A stretch of 59,744 nt of DNA, counting the filler. It is 3 parts of 3 records of this genome, joined end to end, with 100 filler letters (N's around TTAATTAATTAA, not from the genome) between each part and the next. Parts side by side here need not be neighbours in the genome. Positions count along the whole stretch, not along the records: positions 1 to 26,922 come from SRR20825019_3160; 2 more parts are not named here. One strand, 5' to 3'. The stretch's first letter is position 1; every line of letters starts with the position of its first letter. Shown here one piece after another: positions 11,537-23,606 of the stretch. Below the pieces are notes generated by a model, which did no database searches, had not been told where the DNA came from, and was given only the letters and a program-made list of their open reading frames with translations. The position numbers were made by a program, and so were the translations under genes.

Positions 11537-12445
11537 CTGGCAGTCCGGTCAGTCACCGTCCGACTCCGGCTCACGCACCCCCCACTGGGCGGGAGCGGGC
11601 ACGGCCATCCCGCCGTCCCCGGCCCCCTTCAACGTTGCTTGGGGCCGCCGCCGGCCGGGCGGTCGGACCGCCCGGCCCGACGGACGAGGCCGGGCGGGGC
11701 TGCCCACGCGAAGGCGCCTTGCCGGAACGGCGCCGCCGCCCGCGGCGGCCCCGGGTCGGCCCCGGTTCGGCCGCGGGGGCCCGGCAGCGCCCCGGCCGGT
11801 GGCCCGCGGTGGGGTGGCCGGGCCGGCGGTGGACGGTCCGGGCCGCCCGTCCGCCGGTCGAATCCTCGCCGACGGGCCATGCTCACAGTGATCGGCCTTG
11901 CAGTGGGGCCGTCCAGCTCAGGCATGGTATGTATCAGAAGGGAGGTCCCGACAGCGGTGGTCGCCGGCAGCCTGTGCCCATATTCACTTGGTCGTGACAA
12001 GACTCTATAAATAATTATGCCATGCTCAACTCTGCTGAGATCGCCAGCCTTTCTTCCAATAGTGTGCAGGTACTGTATTCATTAGGTTTGGGAGTTCTGT
12101 TGTTGCGTGCCTGCCGAGCCGGAACCTACTTGTATTAGGCCACGGGATACGGGAGGGAGAGTTTAATAATTTTCTCGTCACGCTAGATATCTGTGGCAGT
12201 CGAGCTTGTCGTGGCAAGGCCTCCACGCGCGAGTAGAACTTGCCATGCACAGAATGTTGCCGACTGTTTGTGGCGGGCTGTGTTTCTCGTTTCACTATCC
12301 GCCCAACATGTGGTGCTCCTCTCACACTGGGAGGCCACCGGCATATATCCTTCTTCACATTCTCCTATATATAGTCATTCCAGCTTTGTTGTGCTGTTCG
12401 TGGCTGGGTGTTGCGTATGTCTGATTTGTGAGCACTACATAGAAA

Positions 12446-13748
12446 ATGGCCGGACAGAACATTCCCCACGCCGATGTGATTGAGATCATCTCCAACTATG
12501 AGGTACCAATTTGTAAAGTGAAACTTCGAGGTATTGAGGGGCTTCGTCATTCCAGTTTAGCGGTGACCCGCCCAAGTACCAGTCATGCCACCGCTTGAGT
12601 GGAGGCCAGGGTGCGAATGAAAACTGCTTGTTGAAGCTCAAGGACAACCAGACCTATCTTATGAAGATTTGCGACGAGAAGAACGAGGACTCGTGTGTTT
12701 TGTGGGCCAAGGCAGTCGAGCACCTGGTGAACCATGGGTTCCAAACTGCCGCAGTCGTGCAGACAATCAAAGGAAACTACGTTTACATGCATCATGGGCG
12801 CCGCGTCATGATGTTCGACTTCATCGACGGTCGGTCGCCGGAGAGCTTCACGCCTCCTATGGCGCAGCAGGTCGGCAAGGAACTGGCCAAACTCCACGCT
12901 ATACCGGTAAGCGAAGTGTCGAGCGATGTCATTATGGGTTTGTGACTGTGGCGACACAGCTCAATGACGTGATTTGCCCGATGGAAGAGGAAGGGTGCTG
13001 CTCGGTTGGACAGCTGGGGGAATTTCTGGAGGAGCAGGAGAAGGACGCCCGCGATAGGGACGAGCCGGTGCCTGAGTTTGTCACGTACCTACGCAGCGAG
13101 ATGAACCGTCTGGCCCCCGTGGTGAAGTCGAAGGAGTTCTCAGTAGGAATCATTCACACGGATATCTTCCCGGACAACACCATGTTCAGCCATGATGATA
13201 AGCTGCTGTGCTTCATCGACTTTGAGGTACTGGCCCTCGGGACCTCGTTGCCCCGTGTGCTGATTGCTTGTGATAGGAGGTGTGCAGTGGTCCGATATTG
13301 CTTGATTTGGCGATGGCGGTGATGTCATGCTGTTGCAAGTATGGTATGCTTACAATATGGTCCAACAAGATTGAACCAAGGCTAACCCACCTACTCCAGA
13401 AAAGACTACAGGCAAGGTCACCCTTGACCGTGAAGTTGCGTCTTCCATGCTCCGTGGATACGAGCTTGGCCGCCAGTTGTCTCCTCTGGAGAAATCAAGC
13501 TTGGATGATTTCATGTGTTATGCGGCATTAATTATCGGTATGGTGGACATGTCTGCTTTATTGGCCGGGCTGATTGTGTGCATTCAGCCTTCTGGCGGTA
13601 CAGGAACTTCAACGTGCGCCGCATTGAGGAGTCGAGCCCCGACGAACTGCAGAGATACCGTGAAATGGTCAGTATCTGTGAATTTGTCAAGAAGGATGTA
13701 ACACCAGCCGGAGGAATGAAAGCGATGGTAGGGTGGGCAACGGATTGA
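12446..13748 (+). CDS. APH/choline-kinase-like phosphotransferase resembling type II homoserine kinase, multi-exon
   Basis: LAKLH, Brenner-like IIHTDIFPDN, IDFE and LDLA motifs. Short GT-AG introns separate the ORF pieces. Confidence 0.75.
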
Positions 13749-13871
13749 TAGAAGGTTTTACTGGTGCGGTGATTGCGCACAATATCGATGCTTTCCGCGT
13801 ACGTGGGCCAGCCTGCAGTACGGCGCCGGGCGCACTGCTCTTCATAATGAACGGATGTTACGCCAAAGGTT

Positions 13872-16835
13872 CTATCTCACTGTCTTTGGAGTGCGTGGAG
13901 ATCCTAGAGTCTTGACACCCACCTTGAGTTGCATTTCGAGGAGTTTTTTCCTCTCTATTTCGTCGCCATTCAATCGCTCGGTATGCTCCGCAAGCTCACC
14001 ATCCCTCACCTTCTTAAGGTCCGACGCGCAAAGGCCGGTAGGTAGGATGTTTACCCGATTTCTAAGTGTGAGCCACGGCATATCTTTGCGAATCAGGTAG
14101 AGCGCAGACTTGGATATCGATGAAATTCCATGTTTCAACGCCTCAGCCTCAGTCACTGCCTCGAACCGGCGCGAACTCATCTGCTCGGCCATGGTTTGCC
14201 TTTCGGTGAACATGTGCTTCAGTGCGGCGAACTTGTCCTTAAGCGGGGGTAATTCCATTTTCTTAGGGGTCTTCGGGGATCCTTCGGCCGCTGTCACGAG
14301 AGCCTCAACGCTCTTGCGGCGCTGAGACCTCCTTTTCTTCTTACGCTTTTCGTTGTACCTTTGCTCTGTCAGCCGCGACCTATAAAGACGGAATGCCAGC
14401 TGGATTTTCCTTGCCGCGGCGTCCTCTGGCGAGCCCTTATCACTGAAATGCCTCTCAAGGGCTTCTTCCTTAATGTTGAGCAACTGGGCATCCAAGACAA
14501 CGCGAGTAAAATACCCACGCCATGCTGCCTGTATTGTCACCGCAGCCGCAACTTCATCCGCAGGAGGAGTCTTGTTGCCCTTTGGTGTCAATTCATACGG
14601 CTTCACCGGGACTGGTCGCCTAGTTAGGTATACAGAGCCAGATGATCCCACCCTATTCATCTCTACTCCGGTAGTCCTACCAGCTTTGAGCGGAGATGGA
14701 TCTTTGGTGAATGCTGCGTGGCTGACGTCAACCCGAAGATCACTTGAGGACCGCCCCGTCTCTGAAGCTTCTTTCTTTCTCTTCGTCAACGCCCTTGCTG
14801 CGCTACCCCTGACCCACGCCTGAATCACAGTCGCCTTCTTGTTTCTAGTGTCTTGAAGGTCAAGTCGTCGCTTTTCCAATTCCATGCAAGCAAGACGGCG
14901 ACGATAATGTTTCTGGATGTAGGTGGCGGCGCCATTCTCTGCATGCTCCTTCCGTAGTTTGTCGAGGGAGGCTCTAGCCCTTTGCTTCCTAACACAGCAC
15001 TGGATGGTAACGGCTGCTATCCGCGCTTGTAAAAGGGATGTCCGCGACTTTCTAGCCAACATCACTCTAGCTGCACATTGAACCACTATGGCTGCTTCGT
15101 TCTCCTTCTTCTCCCTCTTCTCCTTCCGATACTTGATGCCGGCCAAAATCATGCGGATATTCGACTGCAAGCCTACGGTTCTCTGCTCAAGACGAATCAT
15201 ATCTATATTCACCTGGTTCCTCGCCCATTGCCTTCTCGCCGCATGACCTCTCCATAGCCTCTGCATTGTGGTTGAAGAATCATTTTCCTCCTTTTCTCTA
15301 CGCAATTGTTTGTATAATGCCCTTGCGAGGAGCCCTCGTCCCACGCGCTGTATATTTGTGGACGCGATATTCCTCTCCTTCTCAATTTTGAGTCTCATTC
15401 GCTCAACCCTTGCCAGGGTTCCACGCACGTATCTTTGTATCGTAATCGCGGCAGCTTCCTCTAGTCTGCGGAGCTGTTCATAGTACAAAGCCCGAAGCTT
15501 TACGTAAAAACAGCGTGATTTGTACATTCTGAATGTAGATTGAATAGTCAGCGCAGCCCGATACCTCTTCATGTCAATCACAGGAGGAGCCAAGGTGGCA
15601 ACCGTGTGCGAATCACCGCATTCCAAGAAATGGACCAGTCGCCCCTTCTTAGAGACTCGGGCGAGTTTCTTAGGGTGACTTTCATTGTTGTCACTTGAAT
15701 GACCCAGCTGGTACTCCTCTCCCCATCCAAATGTGTAGATTTCACCTTCATCTGTTGCTACTGCGGTATGCCATCCGCCACAGCTGATCTTCACACAACG
15801 AGTTCCCACGAGGGAGCGAATGACGTTCGGGATCATGCTCTTACTGATCTTACTGTCCTTCCCATGGCCTAGTTGGCCAAATTGATCTAAACCCCACGTG
15901 TATACATGTCCACCCTCTGAGTTGAAGTGTTAGGCAGACACATCCCTGGAAAATATACCACACCTACCATCGATGGCGCCCGCATGTCCTGACCCCGATG
16001 ACATATCCACGACTTTTACAATGTCGAATATGGCGATAAGCTTCGGCGACAACTGGTCTGCCTTGTTTCCGTGACCCAGTCTGCCATTTCGGCCGAATCC
16101 CCATGAAAAGAGATCGCCGTTGTCTTCGATATGATCGGTGAGTGCCATGGAGCAACTTGCCGCTGCCACCACCTTCACTATCCGGCGCCCATCAAGGCCT
16201 TTCACCTTCTGAAAAGTCAGACTGTTGTCCTTGTGCCCAATGCCTAGTTGCCCGGCGTTGTTGCTACCGCAAGAGTGCACACCAGACTTGCTTGTGACAA
16301 TCAAGGAGTGCGACGCCCCGCATGATATGTGCGTGACCCCCTCGTCCAGGTTGACCAGGGTGGGCGACCATCTCTCCCGCTCATCTCCAAGGCCAAGCCT
16401 GCCTCCTTCATTCGAACCCCACGAATACAACTGGCCATCGTCTGTCAGCGCCATGGAGTGGTCTGCCCCACAGCTCACAGTGACTACCACTCTTGTGTGC
16501 AGCGCCGCGACGCCGGTCGGAACTCGTCTCGTGTTCATGTCTCCAACGCCAAGCCTGCCATTATCACCCTTACCCCATGTAAAAAGCTCCCCGGTGTCCG
16601 TAACAGCAGCACTGTGAAGTGCCCCGCATGATATAGACACAAGGCTGAGCTGGTCACGAGCTGGCAAGAGCTCAACCAAAGGAGACAAATGCTTTGGTGT
16701 ACTCTGGCTCTTGTCGTCACCCAGACCTAGCCGTCCGCCATCACCACAGCCAAAACAGTATACCTGTGTCATTGACCTGATTGGGTTTGGGGTTCTCTTC
16801 CCCTTGGGGCCGTCTGGGGGGCGAGGCACCACCAT
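13872..16835 (-). CDS. RCC1-repeat beta-propeller protein with ~11 IQ calmodulin-binding motifs
   Basis: Repeats such as VYCFGCGDGGRLGLGD, ISCGALHS and WGSNEGGRLG. Intron 15917-15967 joins to ORF 13872-15836, which carries IQxxxRGxxxR motifs. The start codon is uncertain (16865/16835/16772). Confidence 0.85.
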
Positions 16836-17839
16836 GGCGCACCGCGGGACTTGCCGCTTAGTCATGAGAGCAGCTGTCAGTGTCTGCGCCAACCCGATAG
16901 CACAGGACGTACCGGAGATTTTCAAGTACTTATGCCCTGGAGTTTTCGACAGAACTCCGCACAACGTGGCAGGAGCAGGAGGTCCTGTAGAATCGCCTCC
17001 GTCCAGCCCAGGCCTGCCACAGACCGGACTACGGCATGAAGCTCCTACAGTACACCTCAACCCAGCCCAACCCACACCAGCGACACCACGCAGGGGCCGA
17101 CGTGGAACTTCGCCACCCTAGGGCTTGTTACAATTGAGCTCCGATCAGAGTGCGCCACGCTGCTCGGCTGACCGGGGCACGTGAGCGGTCCGACTCCTTG
17201 GCGGCATAATCGGTTGGGGAGTCGCACACCGTGAGAGTTCGTGCAAGCGTTTTTCAAGATAAGTGATCTCCCTTCCATGAGATTTCGTGATCTCACTTAC
17301 TTAGATATTGAAGATAATTATAAATTTATTGACGGTTCTCTCATTATTGAGTAACGGCAGAAATCCGGCTCCCGGACACTGGCTACGGCACCCGCCCATC
17401 CCGTCCCATCACTGACCATCAGTAGTCATGTTCCTCCATTGAAGGCCCCTCCCCGGGGGAGCCGCTCAGTGGCCGGATCGGCGGAGTGTGGCCGTCACGC
17501 GCCCTTATTTTGCTTGGTGCCTGAGTACGGTGGCGACACTCCCGTCCCGGTGAGCGGGGCCGTAGAAGGTACGTGGGCGGTGGTGGCACGGTCGGCGGTG
17601 CACTGATCGGCGGCCCCGGTGAGGCGCGCCATTCACTTCCAGCCCCGCACATGCCGTGCCAGCAGGCCCGGCGCTGTCTCAGGCTATAGACGAACCCGAA
17701 GCCCAAGGGCGGGCATAATCGAGGGACAGGCTTAGAACCAGTGGAATGCTTCAGGTTCCTTAGGTTACGACAATAACTTCAATAATAAGTAAGAGTCGTC
17801 CTGATTTACCTTTCTCATAGGTTTGGCACGCAGGTCACC

Positions 17840-20555
17840 ATGAATGGTGACTCGCCCAGTGCTGCTCTCCCAGCCGGGTCGAGGCGTGTCTCTCTCCCTG
17901 CGGAAGGTATGCGCTTAGAGAGGAGGAAATCGGTTGTTGACCTTGGGGCGGAAATGGCAAAAGGAGCCTCGTCTCCATTGGCGCGGAAGAGTTTAGGGGG
18001 AGAGGGGCTGAACGTTTCCTCTCCGGCACAAGCATCGAAGAAAAGAGAACGGCCACCTCAAAAACTGGTCGAGATTACTCGAGTTCAAACTCAGTTCACT
18101 CTGTTTCCGCAAGACCAAGAGCTCGAAGACGACCTTAACTTCGAGACTTTTGTGGACACTATACTCCAGGAAAAAATCGAGTGGCCAGATCCCGCCATTC
18201 GCAAGAGTCGCAAGCAAAAGAAGAAAGAGGAAAAAGAAAAAGAAATGGAGGAGCAGCTCCAACTGGAAGCCCTTTCTCACAATACTAGCCAAATGTGGCA
18301 GAAACTTCCCAAGGGAGGATTTCTTCGCGTATGGGGCACAGGGATGGACGGACAGTTGGGGCTAGGGGAAATGGTGAAACATGTGTCGCATCCGACACTC
18401 GTTGCCGACCTCGTGCCAAAGACTGTGTCGTCGCTTCAAGATGTACTGGGGCAAGGTGAGACATTCACGGTCGCGCTTACAGATGTGGGGGATTTGTACG
18501 TTTGGGGAGAGGGAGAAAAGGGGCAGCTGGGCCTAGGAAAGAAGGAGAAGATAGCTCTCATGCCTACCCAGGTTCCTGCTTTACAGGGAAAGCACGTTTA
18601 TCGTGTTGGATGTGGGCCGGGTCACACCTTGGCTGTCGTTGCATGCGGCACGACCATCGACGAAATCTACGCGTGGGGGGAGAGTACTTATGGAAAGCTA
18701 GGCATAGGGGAAAAGGCGGCTACTGGGGACCCATTCTGGGAGCCCGTGAAAATTGACACTATCGCAAGGACGAAGGTTCTTGGCGTGGACTGTGGTAATG
18801 ACCACACCATCATTCTCGCTGCGAGTCCTAACGGAAACAACCACGTGTATACGTTTGGGCGTAATGTTTTCGGTCAATTAGGCCATAGCGACACCCACAA
18901 CCGGTATCAACCCACACTCGTGCAGGCTTTGGTACCGTTGAAGATAGTCCGGGTGGCTAGTGGTGCATCCCATTGTGCCGTCCTCCGTGATAACGGGAGT
19001 GTGTATACTTGGGGAAATGGCGAGGATGGGAGACTTGGCCATGGCGACTTCTCAAATCAAACAACGCCCACGGAGATCACATCCTTGCAGAAGAAACGAA
19101 TTGTCCGGATATCTGCTGGTAGCGCACACAATCTGTGCGTGACGGCGCGTGGGGCGTGCTGGTCATGGGGAAGTAATGACTACGGGCAGCTAGGACTGGG
19201 ACACACCAAGTGTAGTGCAGTGCCTAAGAAGATAGACTTCTTCACTAAGGAGGTGATGGCCATATCTGCGGGGGCGTGGCATTCGGCAGCAATATGCGAG
19301 GGAGACATTTTGTATACTTGGGGACATGGGGAGAGCGGCCAGTTGGCTCACGATCCTGGGGGATTAGTTTCCAATGAGTCGGTTCCGCGCTGTGTAGAAA
19401 CCATGATGGGCTTCGGAGTAAGCCAGGCCATTTGCGGAAAGACTCTCACGTTTGCTGTTTTGGCCAACAATGACCGCCGGTGGCCGAACTACCCCCTCGA
19501 TAAGCTTGTCAAGGAGTCGGAGGGTGAGCGCAATGAGTACATCCACCAGCTGAGGGTCATCGAGGAGGAGAAACGCATGAAGTTGAGGGAGTACCTTCGT
19601 GCAAAAGGTAACGATGTCGCGAAGAAGCGCGCTCAAGTAGCACACCAGCAAAAAAAGGATAAAGAGAATCATGACAAGAAGATGGCGAAGAGGTGAGATG
19701 GGAGGAGGGAGACATGTGTGAGGGAGACTGACATTCGAACATAGGCGTGAGCGGTTATTACGGCAAAAAGAAAAGAACGAGGCTGAGCTGGATCAGTTAG
19801 AAATAGATACAAGGAAGCTCACCCGGGCACTGAGAAAAGTTCTTCCCAGCATTCGAGAGAATGATCCTTTCCGAGGTGTTGTACGAGGTACGATGTCGAG
19901 CTTGAAATCATACTGTGAACCCAAGGAAGCAGAGCCTCCTCAGTTCAAAAGGAGCAAAAGAAAGAAGTCTAAATTCAACCCCGGAAAATTATTCAAGGAC
20001 AACATGGAGCGCATGACGACGGCATGCACGAACTTGGATCCCAGCATTGTCAGTATGTGCAGCAGTTCCTACCTATTCCCTCCGTAAGTCATCTAAACCT
20101 GATCAGAAATCGACTTTACTGATACCCTCATCAGACACGTTTCTCCGAGGAGACATTTGTTCTACGGTTCACAAGACGCAGAATCCTTGCTGCAGGACAT
20201 GAGGGAACAAGAAAAAATGTTTCTGGAAGAGGGCAAGGTGCCAGTGCCACCCAAGACCGCACAGACAAGAGATTCGTCAGTAAGCCGAAAGAAGAAGGGT
20301 TCTGTCACGGAACGCATTCCGCGGAACGACTTTAGGAACAGCAAGACTGCCGGAGGCATGACTGCATCGACGGTCGATGATGCGTATCCATATGAGAAAG
20401 GACCTTTGTTCTACAACCATTTCCCGACACCAACATCAAACGAGAGAGATGCTTTCTTCCCCACGCCGCCGACCAGCTCGGGATGGACTTCGAGGCCTCT
20501 AACTACCCGGCCAGGATCGATGGTCACTCGTGGAGGAATGAAAAGCCACCTATGA
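17840..20555 (+). CDS. RCC1-repeat protein with coiled-coil C-terminal region, multi-exon
   Basis: About seven RCC1 repeats (WGxGxxGQLG ... GxxH). Intron 19693-19744 continues the frame, and later exons extend to the stop at 20555. The 3' exon structure is only partly resolved. Confidence 0.82.
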
Positions 20556-20645
20556 GAAGAATGGCCTATCATTAACAGCCGAAACTACTCGACACAGCCG
20601 GGTCTTCAAGCAAGGGATGGCATTACTAAACCTGACTACTAAAGA

Positions 20646-23606
20646 CTATCTGTTCAACCTCTTCCGTTTGGATTTCGCGTCTGGCTCTACTACATAGCAC
20701 ACTTCGGCACGAACGCCTATCTCCGTAAGCTTGCTCAGCCACACCCTTTGCTTATCGGCGAGCCGATCACGAGGCCCCTTCACTTCACAGAACAGGAACT
20801 CAGGCTTCGGGTCAGTTCTCCAAAGAGATAGATCAGGCATTCCGCCGCGATAGGCACGGTAGTTTGACGCCATGTGAGCAAGGATAGCAGCCAGCCCCAA
20901 GTTGCCGATGCATGATACTATTGTGATGAGCGTATCCCTGTCTAACCGTTCCCACTGAACCCCTGCGCACTGCACTCCATAGTGGTCTTCCCACGACTGC
21001 CATATCATCTGACGCACGTCCCCACATTCAATTTCCGAGATCCGCTGATCAATTTCGCGCGCCCTTCTAGGGTAAAAGTACTTAGTGTACAGATCCAAAG
21101 GTGCGCTTTGATATGGAGTCAAGAATACATCTTGAATGGGCATAAAAATCACATCCCACAATAGGAGGCCAAACAGCGTGGCAACCAATCCACCCTCACA
21201 GTGTAGGCCATCCCAGTTCCCGTTCATCTTGTAGTGCTCTAGAACGAGGTCCTCCACTGAAGACACCTCATTATCATGACGGTAGAATCGCGACTTTTCG
21301 CCCACCACGCGGTTATTGGGTTTGCCACGAACTACGGTTTCTGGCCACTTCGCCAACTGAGTCAGGGCAGGTTTTGTTTTCACATAAATCTTTTTCATGA
21401 GCCGCCTCGCCCGCATCTCGAGAGCTATCCTCTTGCCTCCTATCACCCAATCCCTATCCGACAGTGCAACCATAATCTGTTCATAAACATGTTCAAGTCG
21501 CTTCTTCGGGTCAACAAGTCCATCATTCCCCTCATTCTTCTCCATGTTAAGCACGAGCCTCTCCCACCACTTTCCACGCCGCGAGGCATGAAAGGGTGCC
21601 TGGATCAACAAATAGAGGTATCGGTTGGCCTTCACATAGTGGCGGTGCCTCTCATACCATTCGACTGCATGGTCCAGAGCGTCAGAGTATACCCATTCGG
21701 GAGTGAAGCACAACAGATGTGGTCGAGGTATGCTGTCGGGCTGCGAATGAGGATTCGCATCCATATGTATCTTGAGGGCATCATATGCCTCATCGAACAC
21801 CTTAACAGCAGTGTTGTCGTCCCCTTCCTCCAAGGCATTCACAAGGCAATCATATCGCAAAAGGGCATGCTCATAAGCAAGAAATCGCTCCCTTGTTTCG
21901 AAGACCGGTTCGGTTCTCCACTGCACATACGGGGGAAACTTGACCATCCCAAGCCGCGCTAGTGTCATGGTTGTAGACACTCCTGTCTCCTGCATGGGAT
22001 CTTCGTCTAATGTGTATATCTCTGATGTTGCTGGTAGAAGGAAGAGGCGGTGTTGCAAATACCACCCCTGCTTAGGTTCATGCTCCATCCGCAGCCAGTG
22101 CTCGGCGACCACTCGTTGTGCTTCTAGAGTAACCCGACACCTGCCGTCCAGTGTCTTCTGGTCCATTTGCTGCCGCTGGATGAGATCAATAAGCTCCTCC
22201 CGGCGAAGTGAAGCCGTCTGTCGCATGCCCAGCTGCCCACAAAGCTGTCGCAATTCACCTACCGCCATCACACGAACAATTTCGTTGCATTCATCCTCTG
22301 AGAGTGGCTTTGAGTTATCCACCTTGCGTAAAAAACCGCAGGACACTAGCCTTTCCACAGCTGCACTGACATTCGTGACGGCCGGGTACCGCTGCATCGA
22401 TCTGATCGCAAACCATGGGCCCTTGCGGTTGAACAGCCTGACATAGAGGTGCTGTGCCTCCGGGTCCAATGACCTGAAGAGCGCATTATTCTGAATATCC
22501 TCCTGAGTCAGGAGGTGCCTGTCCCGCTCCTCAACTTGGTCCATCACATGGCGGAAGGCCTCAACCATCTGCTCACTCTGGTCCACCCAGTTTCCTGATT
22601 GCTGCCTACGGTATTCTGGAGGGCGGAACATTTTATCACCTTCCACTGCCTGCCGCATACGGTCCAGGTCCAACTCCTCAGGTAATGTCCTTGGTTTCCT
22701 TAGTTGATAGGCGTCCATGTTCACCTTAAGGTCCATAGCCAGGGCCCCATCTTCGCCATCCATGCTGTCACTCCCTGTATTGCCTTCGCCGGAAGTTGGT
22801 TCCAGCCTAGCCTGGAATCGAATGACGCTCTTATCAATAAGGGGCGCCGCCACACGGGCGAGGGTGGCAGGAACATATCCCAGTTTCGTCAAGGGGCGAA
22901 CTTCATCCGGTTGGGTGGACTGTGCGGCAGGGGACAAACAACAGACTACACTGATTGCATTATGGTCCCTACGGTTATCGTATTCTCTTTGCAACTCGAC
23001 TTTCAACGAGGCACAAGTGCGAAGTGATGCCAGAACATCCGTATTAACCCAGTGATGCGTCCCTGCCACCGTGCACGTCACAGCTCCAAGCAATACCGGC
23101 TCGTCAAATGGCGCTTCATGCTTGCATGCAGCGCCCAAATCGGCCTCAGTCTCCTTAACCTCTCCCTCAACATCACTGCCGCTTGTCGAGCAAGTGCTAG
23201 TATTCCAGTCAAGCGAAGACGAATAGGTCCGACGGGGCGCAGGGGGTATTGTTGCCGCTTGACCGCTCAGCGAGTCTATGTCTGTGCGTCGAGGTTCCGG
23301 TGAATCTTCGCCCTTGAAGAAAAACGACGCAAGCTTTGGCTGCTGCACCGCACTCTTCTTAATAGCCGGCGAGTTTTCGACTGGAGTGCGCGGCCGCCCA
23401 CTGGGAATTGGCGGCGGGCGCGCCACGGTAGGACTGGGTGTACTGGCATTTTTTACACTCTTTGCACCGTCAGAAATGGGAGTTGTCGGTTTAGGGGTCA
23501 TGCGAAAACTGGCGTTACGAAATTTAGACAGTGAAAGCTTAGATCGGCGCCCACTACATGCTTGCTTAGTGCCATTGTGTGTGTCTGGTGTGTTTGAGTC
23601 GGCCAT
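20646..23606 (-). CDS. FAN1: Fanconi-associated nuclease 1 (HIRAN + SAP + TPR-like + VRR-NUC), intronless
   Basis: HIRAN (LQREYDNRRDHNAI..LGYVP), LYVRLFNRKGPWF, RRGKWWERL, VEDLVLEHY, GLHCEG, PYQSAPLDL, and the PD-(D/E)xK motif GMPDL..EVKGPRDRL. Confidence 0.93.
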   Translation of the reverse strand: MADSNTPDTHNGTKQACSGRRSKLSLSKFRNASFRMTPKPTTPISDGAKSVKNASTPSPTVARPPPIPSGRPRTPVENSPAIKKSAVQQPKLASFFFKGEDSPEPRRTDIDSLSGQAATIPPAPRRTYSSSLDWNTSTCSTSGSDVEGEVKETEADLGAACKHEAPFDEPVLLGAVTCTVAGTHHWVNTDVLASLRTCASLKVELQREYDNRRDHNAISVVCCLSPAAQSTQPDEVRPLTKLGYVPATLARVAAPLIDKSVIRFQARLEPTSGEGNTGSDSMDGEDGALAMDLKVNMDAYQLRKPRTLPEELDLDRMRQAVEGDKMFRPPEYRRQQSGNWVDQSEQMVEAFRHVMDQVEERDRHLLTQEDIQNNALFRSLDPEAQHLYVRLFNRKGPWFAIRSMQRYPAVTNVSAAVERLVSCGFLRKVDNSKPLSEDECNEIVRVMAVGELRQLCGQLGMRQTASLRREELIDLIQRQQMDQKTLDGRCRVTLEAQRVVAEHWLRMEHEPKQGWYLQHRLFLLPATSEIYTLDEDPMQETGVSTTMTLARLGMVKFPPYVQWRTEPVFETRERFLAYEHALLRYDCLVNALEEGDDNTAVKVFDEAYDALKIHMDANPHSQPDSIPRPHLLCFTPEWVYSDALDHAVEWYERHRHYVKANRYLYLLIQAPFHASRRGKWWERLVLNMEKNEGNDGLVDPKKRLEHVYEQIMVALSDRDWVIGGKRIALEMRARRLMKKIYVKTKPALTQLAKWPETVVRGKPNNRVVGEKSRFYRHDNEVSSVEDLVLEHYKMNGNWDGLHCEGGLVATLFGLLLWDVIFMPIQDVFLTPYQSAPLDLYTKYFYPRRAREIDQRISEIECGDVRQMIWQSWEDHYGVQCAGVQWERLDRDTLITIVSCIGNLGLAAILAHMASNYRAYRGGMPDLSLWRTDPKPEFLFCEVKGPRDRLADKQRVWLSKLTEIGVRAEVCYVVEPDAKSKRKRLNR

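Noticed and set aside
11068..12010. Long Arg/Pro/Gly/Ala-rich ORFs (309, 180, 123 aa)
   Set aside because: By-products of an extremely GC-rich island lacking stop codons; open in several frames with no protein-like features.
12030..12160. Possible TPP riboswitch (GCTGAGA) upstream of the kinase
   Set aside because: The downstream conserved CTGAT...TAAT..CAGCG.AGGGA elements are absent.
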